The notes under the pieces are model-generated. The model made no database searches and was not told the origin of the DNA. It saw only the letters and a list, made by a program, of their open reading frames with translations. Positions 1-12,969 of a DNA stretch of 64,000 nt are shown piece by piece. The first letter of the stretch is position 1. Each line of letters starts with the position of its first letter. Source of the stretch: Raillietiella orientalis (lineage: Eukaryota); the NCBI GenBank assembly GCA_036172245.1, contig JAYWIR010000036.1:2108001-2172000 (forward strand). Reading direction: 5' to 3'. The position numbers were made by a program, and so were the translations under genes.

Positions 1-593
1 GGCTATCCATATTTTCCCACTGCAATTACAAACACAACACTTGAGAATTTTCTCCTGTGCAGCCAGTAAACTGTCACCAGGTTCTTTACGGTCTTTAATG
101 GCATCTGCAAGATGAGATACACTTCCGTCTTGAAACACAATGAATGCTTCGAGATTATGGAACAAAAGAGAAAATATTTTCTTGGTAAACTGAAAAGACA
201 TTAAACTTCAATGTTTAGTAACAAAAAGAAAAAAAAAACACCATGAACTTCCGAAATTTGCTTGAACATTCATCAGTTTCCTTCCACATACACAAAATGT
301 TTTCATTGACAATTGCAAGATAGGAAGCAGAAGATGCATGCCATGTAACACTATGACTGAAAACTTGGCCTTTGGGAAGATTCCAATTCTTTATTGCTCT
401 TCTTTCTCTCACCTGATTAAATGAATTGTTATGTGCTATCAAATAAAATACAGCTGCTTACATCATATTTCACAACCATCTGAGGACCAATAGTAACAAT
501 AACATACTCCTTTTGATCTGCTTGGGTTACACCCAAAAATTCATCAGCATTAATTCCTGTACAGAATGTAATAGGCTTATGCAGTATGGCCAT
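1..593 (-). CDS. NOL11: Nucleolar protein 11, N-terminal part (runs off window start); exons 593-462, 412-242, 189-<1
   Basis: Spliced translation MAILHKPITFCTGINADEFLGVTQADQKEYVIVTIGPQMVVKYD|VRERRAIKNWNLPKGQVFSHSVTWHASSASYLAIVNENILCMWKETDECSSKFRKFM|FTKKIFSLLF...FIVFQDGSV resembles the NOL11 N-terminus as recalled (LLGV..D, W.V..GQ, YV.V..NKVL.IW, LVLF..G.V). GT-AG introns of 49 and 52 nt, both phase 0. Confidence 0.8.
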
Positions 594-746
594 TTTTGTC
601 CACAAAGAAGTCTTACTCTTTGCACCATTACATGCTTAGAATGGATTCATTTAATCATTTAACTCCAACTGTAGTTTATCCTTTATGTTAAACTTGCGAT
701 TCGCAATTTCAGATTGGATTAATGAAATCAATCATATCTTACTTAT

Positions 747-1212
747 TTATATTACACCATTCTACACACCAGAAAAAGGAAAAATGATTTTAACTTGTGC
801 AATGCATTCTTTTCTATCTACCCAGAATTTCAGCCCCTTTCCAAATTTATTAACAGCGCTTTCAAATGCCAAATGAGAAGCCCGACCATTGTGGTTTCCA
901 TTATTATGGATACTTGGCACCTTTTATGCACCAGATTCACCTCCATTTGATGTCCGTGCATGAACTTCGGTTCACTAGACACAGTGCTCTTACCTTCTCC
1001 CGTCCGGAAAATACCACGTACTTCTTTACGCACATTTGTGCTGATAAGTGCTTTCAATCATTCGTACTTACACCCAGTCAATTCCTTGAAGTCATCAAAA
1101 TGTGCTGCATTTTCTGGAAAATGCCTACCTTCAGTCTTTCACTTCACAACTCTCATAAATTTAACGAACACATTACGTGACATACGATCATTAGATGAAA
1201 CCATGACAACCT
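747..1212 (-). CDS. 3' exons of an unidentified spliced gene (further exons possibly upstream to ~2990)
   Basis: Five small exons join with consistent phases across GT-AG introns: EVVMVSSNDRMSQ|NAAHFDDFKELTG|SQMCVKKYVVFSGREK|VPSIHNNGNHNGRASHLAFESAVNKFGKGLKFW|NGVI*. No family recognised. Confidence 0.4.
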
Positions 1213-1360
1213 CTACAAACGAAAAACTGCAGCTTTAGTAGACAGATACGTTTCCACCCAGATGTCAACTTACTAAGTAAAACTGTACTCGTGTACGTAC
1301 CCCTTAGGACAGCTACTAAAGTGTGAAAGCTGTCAAGAACTGGCTGCTTTTGCCATTAGT

Positions 1361-1429
1361 TTGACAGGATCTCTCTTTGGTTTGTATTACATGAAATGCT
1401 TTCAATGGGAAACTGGATTACATGACATG
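1361..1429 (+). repeat. Dispersed ~70-bp repeat, copy 1 (copy 2 at 3323-3393)
   Basis: TTGACAGGATC.CTCTTT.GTTTGT...ACATGAAATGCTTTCAATGGGAAACT.GATTAC is shared by both copies. Confidence 0.8.
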
Positions 1430-3322
1430 ACATAGAAAACGCAGAATCGCAAGATTTTTCTTAGAAATTTCCTTCCCATCAAGAAAACGCGAAGGGGAAC
1501 AAAATAACTTCAGCAGCACTGCATTTCAAAGACTGGAATCTGGTAAACTGTACTGCACGTGGCAAACAGCTTAAAGGTCGTTCCAGTTCTTTGGAACTCT
1601 GATCGGCCATAACTCCGAGATACCAGAAATTCACTAGAAATTCATACCTCATTTTTTTTAAGAACTTTCACGAATTTAAACGAATAAGTGTTGTGCCACG
1701 AAGATGTAAAAAAGGTGTAATCAATGATTAAGTAGCATGAATGGAAAGCACTTTTCCTTTATAAAGATCAAAAATTTGAGATACTGTTGAAATAAAGAGT
1801 ACTTATGTTAACAATCCATCCAATTAAGGTTCATAATATATATATTTGCAATTGTTCTCATCAATAGCGCAATGAAAACCTTAAATAAAAGTGGAACGAC
1901 GCCATAATATGACAAATCTGCGTGAAGAATGAAAAATCTGATCGAGAGGACACAAGAGGAGACAATTCTTCAAAGACCTTCCTCGCAACTTTTCTCTGAA
2001 CTTTTATGATTAATTATAGGAAAATCCACAAAATGGCAATTTTCCTAAGTGAGTAAACAAGATAAAGTTTACCAAAATGTTATAATCAAACAAAAAATAC
2101 CTGAAAAAAATTCTGCTTATAAAGGAGTCGAAAATAATTCTTTTATGTATAATATGTACTATAAACACCTTCTTCAGGTATTCTTTGAACAACTTACAGC
2201 TGTTGGCAATAACTTAGGCGTTTATTCGATAGTTTGAAAAAGCAGTTTCATGAAGTTGAGTGGCATTGCTATTTTTGATGACTTATGGCTTACATATTGT
2301 CTTGCCCCCCCCTAACCCGATCTCAAATTCGGTGTCTTTTAAGGATGTCCATGTAGCTTGCAGGAGCAAAGCGTTCCTCAGGAAAAATGAAATTGTGAGA
2401 AAGCAATGTTTTCTACGAGTAATGGATACGAGAGACAGCTTACTGCTGACCTTGTCGAGTATGCCTGATTAGGAGAAATTCAAGAATACAAAAGCGCAAA
2501 AATTACTTTAAAAGTTGCACAGGAAACATAGATAACACAAGTGAGCATCAGCAAGGACGGAGGAAATTCTTCATCAGAAGGAGATTGTAAGGGAGACTCA
2601 GGATTCCTCGATATTATAAAACTTTGAAACCTTGACAGTCTTGAGCCTTTGTTTTCGCTGAAAAATCTTCCAATTTAACAGACAGTAAGTGAACAGAGGC
2701 AGAGAATCAATGCTCTTGTGGGAATCAAAATGTCTGAGAAGCAAACCTCCAAAATATGAAAAAAAAAAATAAGATTTTAAAAAACGGATACTTTGCATAT
2801 TCTGATGATCTAAAAGCTCATGCTGCAATTCCGGTCTTTGCTTTGAAGGTGGATACTGACAGAACCAAACACCAAGCTTCCTATAGTAATAGCAGAAATG
2901 ACAAATCAACTAGCAATTTGACTCACGCATTTGTCCATTAAAACGAAATTTGTTATAAATCTAGGATTTATTTCATATCAAGTGTTGTGCACATAATTTC
3001 AGTGAATATATGAACAGCAATCGAAACTAATACCGAAACAACTTGGCTCCCCGTGCATCTTACTGTTGCGTACCGCTGGCACGCAGCCAGAGGCGGCATC
3101 CTCACGTGTTGCCTGCGTGCGTGCTGCGGCAGCACAGGGAACAAACACGTGCTTTCGACCGTTTCATTCACGGGAGACTACAGCACGTGCCATGTTCCTG
3201 ACATGTAGAGCATTGCAGCACGAATAAGAAGGCATGCTGTCTCATAATGTGCTCTTGTTCTGTATGCACATCCTGTTGAAAACGCGTCCACCAGCTCATG
3301 CTTCACAGGAAATCTTCAAGGA

Positions 3323-3393
3323 TTGACAGGATCCCTCTTTCGTTTGTGTTGCACATGAAATGCTTTCAATGGGAAACTCGATTACGTGGCATG
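3323..3393 (+). repeat. Dispersed ~70-bp repeat, copy 2
   Basis: Aligns with 1361-1429, including the identical core ACATGAAATGCTTTCAATGGGAAACT. Confidence 0.8.
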
Positions 3394-4564
3394 CCGTAAT
3401 GCTACACAAACGTGGATGGGTAATTCGGGGGAAAAGTTGCCGTGAACGCGTTTGGCCCTGAGCATCCCGTCGTTCGTGATCCTAACACGGTTCCTGGGGA
3501 ACGAAGTACTTATAGGCCGAAGACGTTCAAATGCAGGTGAAAGGTGGAATTTGAATTTCAGGGGTGCACTTGGCCACTGGTCAACTCAGACGAGCTAGGA
3601 GAGCCAGAGCTGATGTACATTTTGGGACCATTTAACAGTCAAGCTGACTTTGTGATGTTGAAGAAATCTGCTTTCCTAGTTCATCTGAAATTGGAATTCC
3701 ATATTTTACCAAGTATGTCAAGGTTGATGGGATAGATTTTGCTATACCAATATAGACGTAAGAAAGGGTGCTGACAGGAAGGCATAAGAAGTACTATTTA
3801 TACGGAGCATTTGATTCCTTCTTGTTTCATCTGCTCTGCATGTGGAAAAAGTGCTCTCGCACGGAAATCCTAAACTTTCGGAAAATCGATCTCAAGCAAT
3901 TTCTAAGGTAGAAAAGTAACATATAACATGGAGTATTTTTTATAGTTGCTAGAATATTTATTATTTTGATTTTTGTAATGTTTTTACATTTTTGCATCAT
4001 CTTGTCCAACATAAAGAAAAATTCAATTTCTGCTGGTTCATGAAAATGTTGATAGTTACTGGTTACTTGCCACCAACAATCAGGTACATAAACCTCACAT
4101 CAACACCACTTTCCATGCTTCACAAAATGGGTATTGAAGTAAAATGCTGTAACACGACAGTACCAAACATAATGGTTTGTGTATGATGAAAATCTGATGT
4201 GAAATAACACTCATCTTCCTTGCACTTTATGCATCCTGTGTTGATTCTTCTGACTGAAGATCAATGGAATTTTAACATCGCAAGTTCCATGATGTAATTT
4301 CTCCAAAAATTTCAACAGTCAAAGAGCACATTGCACTTAGTAACTGATGCCATAAGAATGAGTGCTATTTGATACACAGTAACCTCTATGTAGACAATCC
4401 ACTTTTAAGTTTTCTGAACTTTTTAATATAAGACTTGAGAAATGAGGCTCAAAACAAAACAGGAAACAAACAAAAAAAAATACATGAATGAAAGATTTCG
4501 TGGAATTTGGTGCAGCAAGATGCATTCACACTACACCATATGTGCAAGGAGACCAGTTCAGTAA

Positions 4565-7500
4565 TCACTTGCACTGAACAGCTGTAAAGACATCAGCCTG
4601 CTTCTTGAGAAGCTCGACTCTTATCACCATGTGCAACAAATCTTCAAGACAGCTTTCTCCTTGGAGGATACACTTTACTGAAAGAAGAGGTATCTTCATA
4701 AATTGCGGAACCATTGGCAGCATATTTGTTGGTAAAACAGCTTCCTCATTACCATAGTCCACGAATTGTAGCTCACAAGTCTGCTCACATTTACGCAAGC
4801 AATGAGCTCTGTACCACCCTTCATACTCTGCACTGTATGCTAAACACAGTTCACTTTCTGCTGGCCAAAATGGTGCAGGATTGTTCTGAATTTTATTCAA
4901 AGCATATGACTGCAGTTCTTGGTCTAGATCACGAAGTTCTTCTAAATGATTGCAGCCAACAAGATAACAAAAGCCATGTGCAATATGAGTGACAAGCATC
5001 ATGTGTACAGAAGGAAATTGGTATTGAAGAATATCTGCTTTGGCAATGCAGAATGAAAACGGAACACTTTGGGAAATCCATGAGTTGAAGCAAACTTTGT
5101 CATCAACAGAAGTAAGAGTAACTGTTCCATCCCCATGCTAAAAATCAAGTGTATAACAGACAATTCACAGTGATTGCTTACACTCACCACTAACATGTCA
5201 TATTCCTTATCAAATGTTTGACTTACACGATCTAATGCATTCTGATCAAGATCACCTTCTGGAACATCTTTTAAAACCACTTTGTAACCCAATACTGGGT
5301 ACTTCAGAAACTTTTCAGGAAGCTTGCAAATCTGAGTCATGTCGATGGTATTGATATTGCCAAAATCGATGTACTGAACACTTGCATGAGCACCCTGGAT
5401 TTTGTGCACCACTGCTCGATACCAAATATCAGGTTCAAAAGTACAGGCTACTAGTTCTTCTGGCTCTGGTTTGTGTGGACATCTGCAAATGGGATCTGCA
5501 ATAAAACCAAAGTAATAGAGATCTGACAAACACAAAAATAACCAACCAACCTGAACTGCTAAACATAGCAAGTAACTCAAGCATCATAGTCTGCATAGTT
5601 TTCTCATCCCTACATAATTGTACTACAACTTCATTTTGTGACTTCACAAATACTAGTACAACTTTCAATTTATCTCCTGGATTAAGCTGACCAGAAGGAA
5701 GATCTCTCAGAGTATTTTTTTTGCTCCACGACCAACAAGTGGCCAGTATCTTGCATGCCTGCTTTTGGGCACAGAGCTCCAAAAACAGTTTACCTTCACT
5801 GAACTTCAGCACAGTGCACTGGATTTCATCATTTTCCAGTTGCTGCTTCCAGAATTCAAACTGATCTGGATACTGGAGATGACAATGCCAAGCCAGTGCA
5901 GGGACTTCGCGAAGTAAACCAAGCAATGGGAACACTTCTTTCACATCTGTTTCTTCTCCTGAGTCTAACAGATGTACATGTGCAAATGAGCCTGAGGTGC
6001 TCAGAATGCAAACCCGTTGGTATGAATTAACAGATGACACAAAAGAAGCACCCAAAGTTCCAGGAACTAAGGGCAGTCTTTCTGCAGTGTTATCTAACTG
6101 GATATTAAAAAGAGCATCAAGTGGCAATTTCTTTTCTTTTGGTATGAAAATAAGCCACAAAACACGCCGCATTGGATTCCAATGAACCATCATACAGCGA
6201 ATGACATCTCCCTCCTTGAACCATGGCTGTGATAGATCATTCTGCTTCACTATGCCAGAATCCGTAATTACAGGAACCACAGCAGCACTATCAAATGCAA
6301 ATTCAAAGCTCAATAATAATAGCACTACTCACTGTTTCTGTTTATGATATGGAGACACCTGCTGATTAGCTTTTTCTGCATGCCCACTGAGCAACATAAG
6401 CTGACTAAGAAAACTTTCTGCAGTAGGTGTGTTTGTATCTGTAACTTCCATAACAACATGCTCTTTTGAATCCTGAAAATTTGGAGCAAAGAAGAGCTGG
6501 ACATGAGACTGGAAGTAACATACAAGTCCAACTGCTCTGCACCATAAAGACATCTCATCTTCTACGTCAAGCAGAATAGAAAAGGTTTCTATACTTTTAG
6601 GAGACCATGCTTTCTCATTACATGGCTGCACTCCATTTAAAGAACAAAGCACTGCTTGAGCAGGATAGGTCAACAGATTATGAGGCAGATCCCAACATTC
6701 ATTTTTCTTCACCTTCACTGTCCGCCCAATATCAATCAGGAATACTTGCACTTCCTCCTTCCTTATTTCCCTGATTATAGCTCGAGCCCTTATCAACAGT
6801 GTAGCACCTCCAAGCAGTAAGGTCTACTTACCATTGAGATTCTGTTTGTACAGCACATAACAATCCTTTAGTGAGGGCTTCTGCACGTTTCAATGAGGAA
6901 GTCAACTTGGGATTAAAAAGAGAATGAGAATTTTTTGGACGCAGGTAAAAATGATAAGGGCTTATAACCTCTTCAGAACATACCTAGCTCTTTTGTAAGT
7001 AAACTTTCAATCACCTAGGTAGCTCACCTTTACAAATTCAGTACAAGAAAACTGAAATATTGGTAAAGTGATAGGTGTGAACTGAATGCCTCCATCTGAC
7101 TGTGTGGGAGGCACACGAGCAACTAATTGCCGACAACCACTGGGCACTTCTTCTTTAGATTGAGATAAGTGCTTAGCATGCTCAAAAGAGGTTTTGTCTT
7201 TACCACATTTATTCTGATATTTGCTGGTGGTAGAATTTCCCCGAGTGCTACCATTCCTAAGTCCATGTTGACTTAATTTCTCCACATTTGAATCTCGTTC
7301 AGCAGAACTCTTCGAATTATTTTTCTTCACGGATTTACGTGTAGCAGTTGATTCTGCCCCCTTTTCGACTCGTGGGTCATTAGTTTCAAAATGGGGAAGC
7401 ACTGGGTGTTGCTTTGCTGAAGCAATTTTCCTGGAATTCTGCGATGACCTACACAGATATGAAGAACAAATAAAACGTTAGAAAGAAAACCTTCTCGATC

Positions 7501-9478
7501 GACAGATGCACAAACAGATGCTGTTTGAACTGAATAGTCACTCTTTTTACAAATACTTTTACTGTCATAGCAGAATAGTGACCTTTTACATTCACTCTGC
7601 ATTACCTTGCTTCAAGACAATGTACCCTATGCTGTTCCCAATCATTCCATTGACAGTCCTTTGAGCAGTATGGAGTACGACAATCTTGGCACACATACAG
7701 GGAATGAGAACTGCACCTATGACATGGCCTTGCTGCCAGCTGATTCAATCCATTCCTTAATACCAATAACTAAATGTTCAATACAACGTAATTCATACTC
7801 TGTCTTCTGAGATACTACTGCTTTAGGGAGGCAGTAATCTCCAGCAACACTATTCACTGGTGAGTTACATGGATGGCCATTGGAAGTAAAGAGATCATTA
7901 GAAACACCATTTGATACCTCATTATGTTTCTGAATATTGTTTCTTGAGTGCAAATTAGGGCAAATGTATCAAATATAAAAACATCAACATCACTCACTTG
8001 GAATTTAAGCGCAGTTTTCTTTTCTGTTTCTCCTCTTTATTTTCAGCTAGACGAACAATAAAATTGAAAGGAGGCTTTCGATCCAAATGTTCAATTGCAG
8101 CTTCAGCTTCTCTAAAATGAAAAACATAAAACATGAATTCACACCATGATGAAGAAGCAAGTACTTTATAAGTAACTAACACAAGTAATGTTCTGTACTT
8201 CAGATACTGAACTCATAAAATGCATGCTGAAAAGATAGGTTTCTTTTTAGAAACATATGATTAACTCAATGAAAAATCTATTTTATTTATGAGAAAAAAT
8301 ATGCAATGAACTGTTTGTTTGTGGAAACAAAAATATAGCTGCATATCTACACTGAATACTACAAACGAAAGTTTCTTTTAACTGTAGAGCTTTTGGAGTG
8401 TATAAAAAAATAACATACTAAAAATGCTAATGACAAGTTGTTTGGTACAATTGGACACTTGACAAATATCATAATGAAAGTTTTGTTAACTAAAACTGTT
8501 TTCAAACGGATGAACACAATAAACTCATCCGAAAACAACACTGGTGACCCAATTATAATAGATAAAATGATCTATAAATGACATGACAGCAAGGATACAC
8601 CAGTGTGAAATAACTTCAACATGAAACACTAACAAAAAACTTTCCAATCAGTAAACATGATAACAGGTAACTTGATTTTGCCAAGTAAAACTGATATAAT
8701 AGTTTGTTGAATAATATACATATAAACCAGATGTTTTCAATAAGATGTGGAACTATGAATGGGCAGATAATTTGAAATTTATTGTCAAATTCCTTTGCAA
8801 CTGGGAATAATGCCCACAAATCTAAAAATTATTAATAAGGAATCAACAAAATCGTGCAGTGGCTACTGTATCTGCGAATTTTCTAAATAGCACCATAAAG
8901 TTCATTTAGTAATCAATAAAAACAATGCACTCATGAATGCTGACTTTAGCATTTGATAACATTTTGATACATATTCTTTTCAGTAAATCATGGTACAACA
9001 AGGTGATTATAAAAACCAACAGATTTAAGTAACAATACCTTAAAGTTCCATATTCAACCAAACAATAACAGTGCTCTCCTCTGGTAATAGGATTGACATA
9101 TATTGAGAGAACTTTGCCAATATTTGGTTGGGAAAAAACTTTTTCAAGTACTGGTTGCCCAATAGTTGCAAGTACATTTGTGACATACAATTTAAAGCGT
9201 TCGTTCGAGTCACTTGTCTTAGAAGCAGATTTCCTGAAACAATTACCGCTTAGACGTAGGACCAATAACCAAATAGAACTAATTTTGATCAATTGACAAA
9301 CTTGTTTCAATAGTCGCTTTTTTTTTTTTTTTTTTTTGAATTCCAACTGTCTGTTTAACATTAATTGCGATGTATGAAACTAACAACAGGGAAAATGCAC
9401 TTACTTTTTGTGGGGAGATCCTGCTACCGAATGAGTACGTTCCTCTTTGCTCCTATGCTTCCAATCCGGGGAAATCAT
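4565..9478 (-). CDS. RRM + zf-MYND + multiple Tudor domain protein (Vreteno/Veneno/TDRD1-like, piRNA-pathway type); multi-exon, start codon tentative
   Basis: RRM: FKLYVTNV...LEKVFS...YCLVEYGTL|REAEAAIEHLDRKPPFNFIVRLA (9233-9039, 8111-~7999). MYND: RPCHRCSSHSLYVCQDCRTPYCSKDCQWNDWEQHRVHC (~7756-7607). Tudor motifs: RARAII..VFLIDIG (~6750), YQRV..HLLDSGEE (~5990), WYRAVV..VQYIDFGN (~5390), WYRA..LQFVDYGNEE (~4780). Stop at 4565. Confidence 0.85.
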
Positions 9479-11506
9479 CCTGATAGCACCACTTTTAACT
9501 TATCACTGTCACCTATGAATTCTCGGTTATTATTCACTTGTCATCTGACCAGTACATGACAGAGAATTAAAAGAAAAAATGCATTTCGCCACTGTGAGCC
9601 CAATTCTTTCCTTATTTCTACTCGACTCCAGTGGTATTTCTTTTTTCTTTTTTTTTCCCCCCCCAAAAAAAAAGGGGGGTGGGGGGAAACGATCGTCCTG
9701 GTTACGCCAGTCACTACGATCGAAGGAGACGTGGTTTGAGAATGGGGGTGGAGATCAGAAGGAACCCACGGACCCCTGGCACACAGCGGATGCTACGACC
9801 GGCGCAGGCCAGCATGGAAGGCGCAGTGAGGGGGCGCACGCCGCCGCTCCGGGAAAGCCGGAAGCCCCAGCCTCCCCCGAAAATTCGGCCTACGTGGATC
9901 GGTGGACCAACGTTCCCGGTGGGAGACAGCGGGGGCGGAAGCACGACAGGGACGCCTCCCAGTCAGATGGGCGGCGAAACCAAACAGACCGGTCGCGTTT
10001 CGAGAGAAGAAGAAAAAAACAGGAAGCACGTTTTCAGACTTTGCGAGAGCCCGTGGTGGGAGCTCGAACCGACTCGCGGTGCATCCGAGAACTCTTCCCC
10101 TTGAATGGACCACCGAAAACACGAAGACAACTACAACAAGTGCACGTCTCCCTTCATGCCTTCATTTGCCTTCATTTGGTGATTGGTGCGGTGGCAGCGA
10201 GCTGGTCCACTGGTGATGGAGGTCTTTTCAAATAACCGCTCTTTCTTTCGTACTCTCGTGTTTACGTTGCTCTTGCATCCGAACAGAAGGCATCGCGAAG
10301 GCACCGCACACACAACGACGACAACAGATATTTTAAAAAAAATCTGTCTGAAATAATGTTGACTTCTCTAAATATGTGCAGGGAAACATTTCTCGTTCTC
10401 CAATGAAGGCAGCTTACCAACCAGTGTTTTTAAACAGATGCTAATGAATTTCAAAAACGTATTCCTAAAAGTGTTTGGTGCTTTTCGCATTTCTTTTTTA
10501 ACAAAACGTGCTTCAAGCAGAATTATTAGTTTCTTGTTTTCATTTTGGAAGTATGAACTGAAATTAACGAAGTTTGGTGAAACTAAAATTTTATTAACTT
10601 GCGAATCTTAATTTCTCTCCTAATTTTTTTCTCTGGTATACTATATTCTGAATCAAAAACCATAGCATGATGCATAATTGCCAATCACATCTGCTATCCT
10701 TGTACTACATCACGAATCCAAGACTGAGGTTTCAGCACCTTTTTGAGATTAATGAGGTTCCTTTAATAGTAACAGTACTGACCAAATATTGTTACTATTA
10801 ATGAAACTGATAAATCTTATCCCATCCTGGTGACTTCATCGAATGTAATCGATAAATCTTATTCCATCAGTTTGATTCGTGAGTGACAATCTCTTTGGAA
10901 TAGATAACAAGCATTTTCTAATAACCCATCTATTTTACTTATCAAGCCATTGTTGTGCACTGATTTCCCTTGCATTGATTGACTTATCAAAAATTAGAAA
11001 TCAACTTTATTTTGACCACTTTCATCACGAGCCTTTTATCATTCATGGATGTTTTTCGAATATTCTATCGGTAAATGTAAATCATGTTTCTTGATTTTTT
11101 TTTCTTTTTTTATAAACTGCAAATAAGTGCTTCGTTCTTTTTGCACTGTTTAGCTGACCAGTTATTTTGCACTGAGGTAAAATGCAATTTTAATTGACCT
11201 CTTGACTTTGCAACCCATCCTTTTATCTGCATAATTAAATCTCGGCTGTGCATTCGTTCCGAGGAATTCCGAAATTTTGTTGTTTATTGTGCTCCATCGC
11301 TGTGCGCATTTTCATTTCCAATCGTTTTCTAATTACAAAGAACCACGAAGGTGCTTTGGAGATGTTTTTATTTCCCAAAACGTTTATTGTGTAATTGCAG
11401 CGAAAGTCGATGCAAATGGCCACTATGGTTCACATATTGATGAATTTTGTCCCCGGGCGGTTTGGCTTTTAAAAATCGAGAACGTATTGATCTTCGGCGG
11501 TCGGAA

Positions 11507-12969
11507 ATGTTCAGGAATACGTTTCAAAGTGGATTTTTATCCGTTCTGTATAGCATCGGAAGCAAACCCCTCCAAATCTGGGATAAAAAGGTGAGCCGAA
11601 TGTGTGGGTTGTTGTGGATTCACATATTTCACATATGCTATTGGTTTACCATGATACCCGGATGCAGAAACTGTCACGCAGATCTCGAAACCGTTTTGAC
11701 CTGTGCATAGTTTTTCCACAAACATCTACTTTACTTGCGTGTCTGCTTTCACTTTTTGAAGATGAAGTCATGATCGTTTTGTTAGGCATGTGCATAGTCT
11801 TCTGTTATTCTGTTTGCTATCACGGATTTTCACTTTTCATCAGTGTTTCCGAAATGTAAGTTAACAGCAATTTTGTATGCAGGTAAATATTTGGGTTATG
11901 CCGTCGAATAACCAAAAGATGTAAATGCTGCCTGTTAAGCTGGGATCGTTTCCCCAAGATCAAAGATGCAAATATTAATCAAATGAGTCATTACATCTTT
12001 GTCAATTTCGTAAAGTTTCCTGGGCGGTTGCATCTTGTATTAAGCAGTTTGAAGGAATCATATCATTGAAACTTTGGAGTAAAGACATTATTGTGAATCA
12101 AATTTTCATGTCTGTTTTGATCAAAGACAGGAAAGTATTGAATATTGGAAGCATAACCACATAAAATATGAATCACCCTTTAGGCCCTTTGCTGTCAGAA
12201 TTATAAATCATTGCCTTTTTGTCATGAGATGTACGTAAAAAGTAGACAAATTCATTTCATATACTTCGTTAAGAGTTTGCTTTTTTGTTAATTAATTTCA
12301 TGCACTTATGAGTTAATTTTGTTTTTTGAAGGTGAGAAATGGACATATTAAAAGAATATCTGATGGTGACATTCAATCTTTGGTACTTGAAATTGTTGGA
12401 AGCAATGTTAGGTAAGCAACCTATAAATCTCAGATTGCTTGCTCATTTGTTATCATTTTGATAAGAATACATCATTGTTTTTCATGTTAAAGTACAACAT
12501 ATATCACATGCCCTGCTGACCCAAAGAAGACATTAGGAATAAAATTACCCTTTCTTGTAATGATAATTAAAAACATGAAGAAGTTTTTCACATTTGAAGT
12601 GCAGGTATGCACATTCATGTCTTAGCAAACAGCATGAATTAATGAATTTGCTTTTAGGTATTGGATGATAAAAACATAAGAAGGAGATTCAGAGCCAGTA
12701 ATTATCAGTCAACAACTAGAGTTAAACCTTTTATTTGCACCATGCCGATGCGATTAGATGAAGGCTGGAATCAGATACAGTTTAATCTGGCTGACTTTAC
12801 TAGAAGAGCATATGGAACCAATTATGTGGAAACATTGAGGGTTCAAATTCATGCAAACTGTAGAATACGTAGGGTGTACTTCTCTGATCGTCTTTATTCT
12901 GAGGACGAATTACCAGTTGAGTTTAAACTGTATCTTCCTGTAGCATCAACCTCAAAAATGAAAGTGTAA
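11507..12969 (+). CDS. CFAP20: Cilia- and flagella-associated protein 20 (BUG22); exons 11507-11590, 12332-12411, 12493-12604, 12658-12969; 195 aa
   Basis: [49 protein letters not shown]...|...[23 protein letters not shown]...|[44 protein letters not shown]... is near-identical to the highly conserved CFAP20. Canonical splice sites; 588 nt total. Confidence 0.97.

Noticed and set aside
830..1057. P-loop-like TGEGKST in an ORF
   Set aside because: Not GxxxxGKS, and it spans a strong splice donor in a frame different from the phase-consistent model.
11642..11657. RFX X-box in CFAP20 intron 1 (GTTTACCATGATAC)
   Set aside because: Deviates from the consensus; cannot be supported without conservation data.
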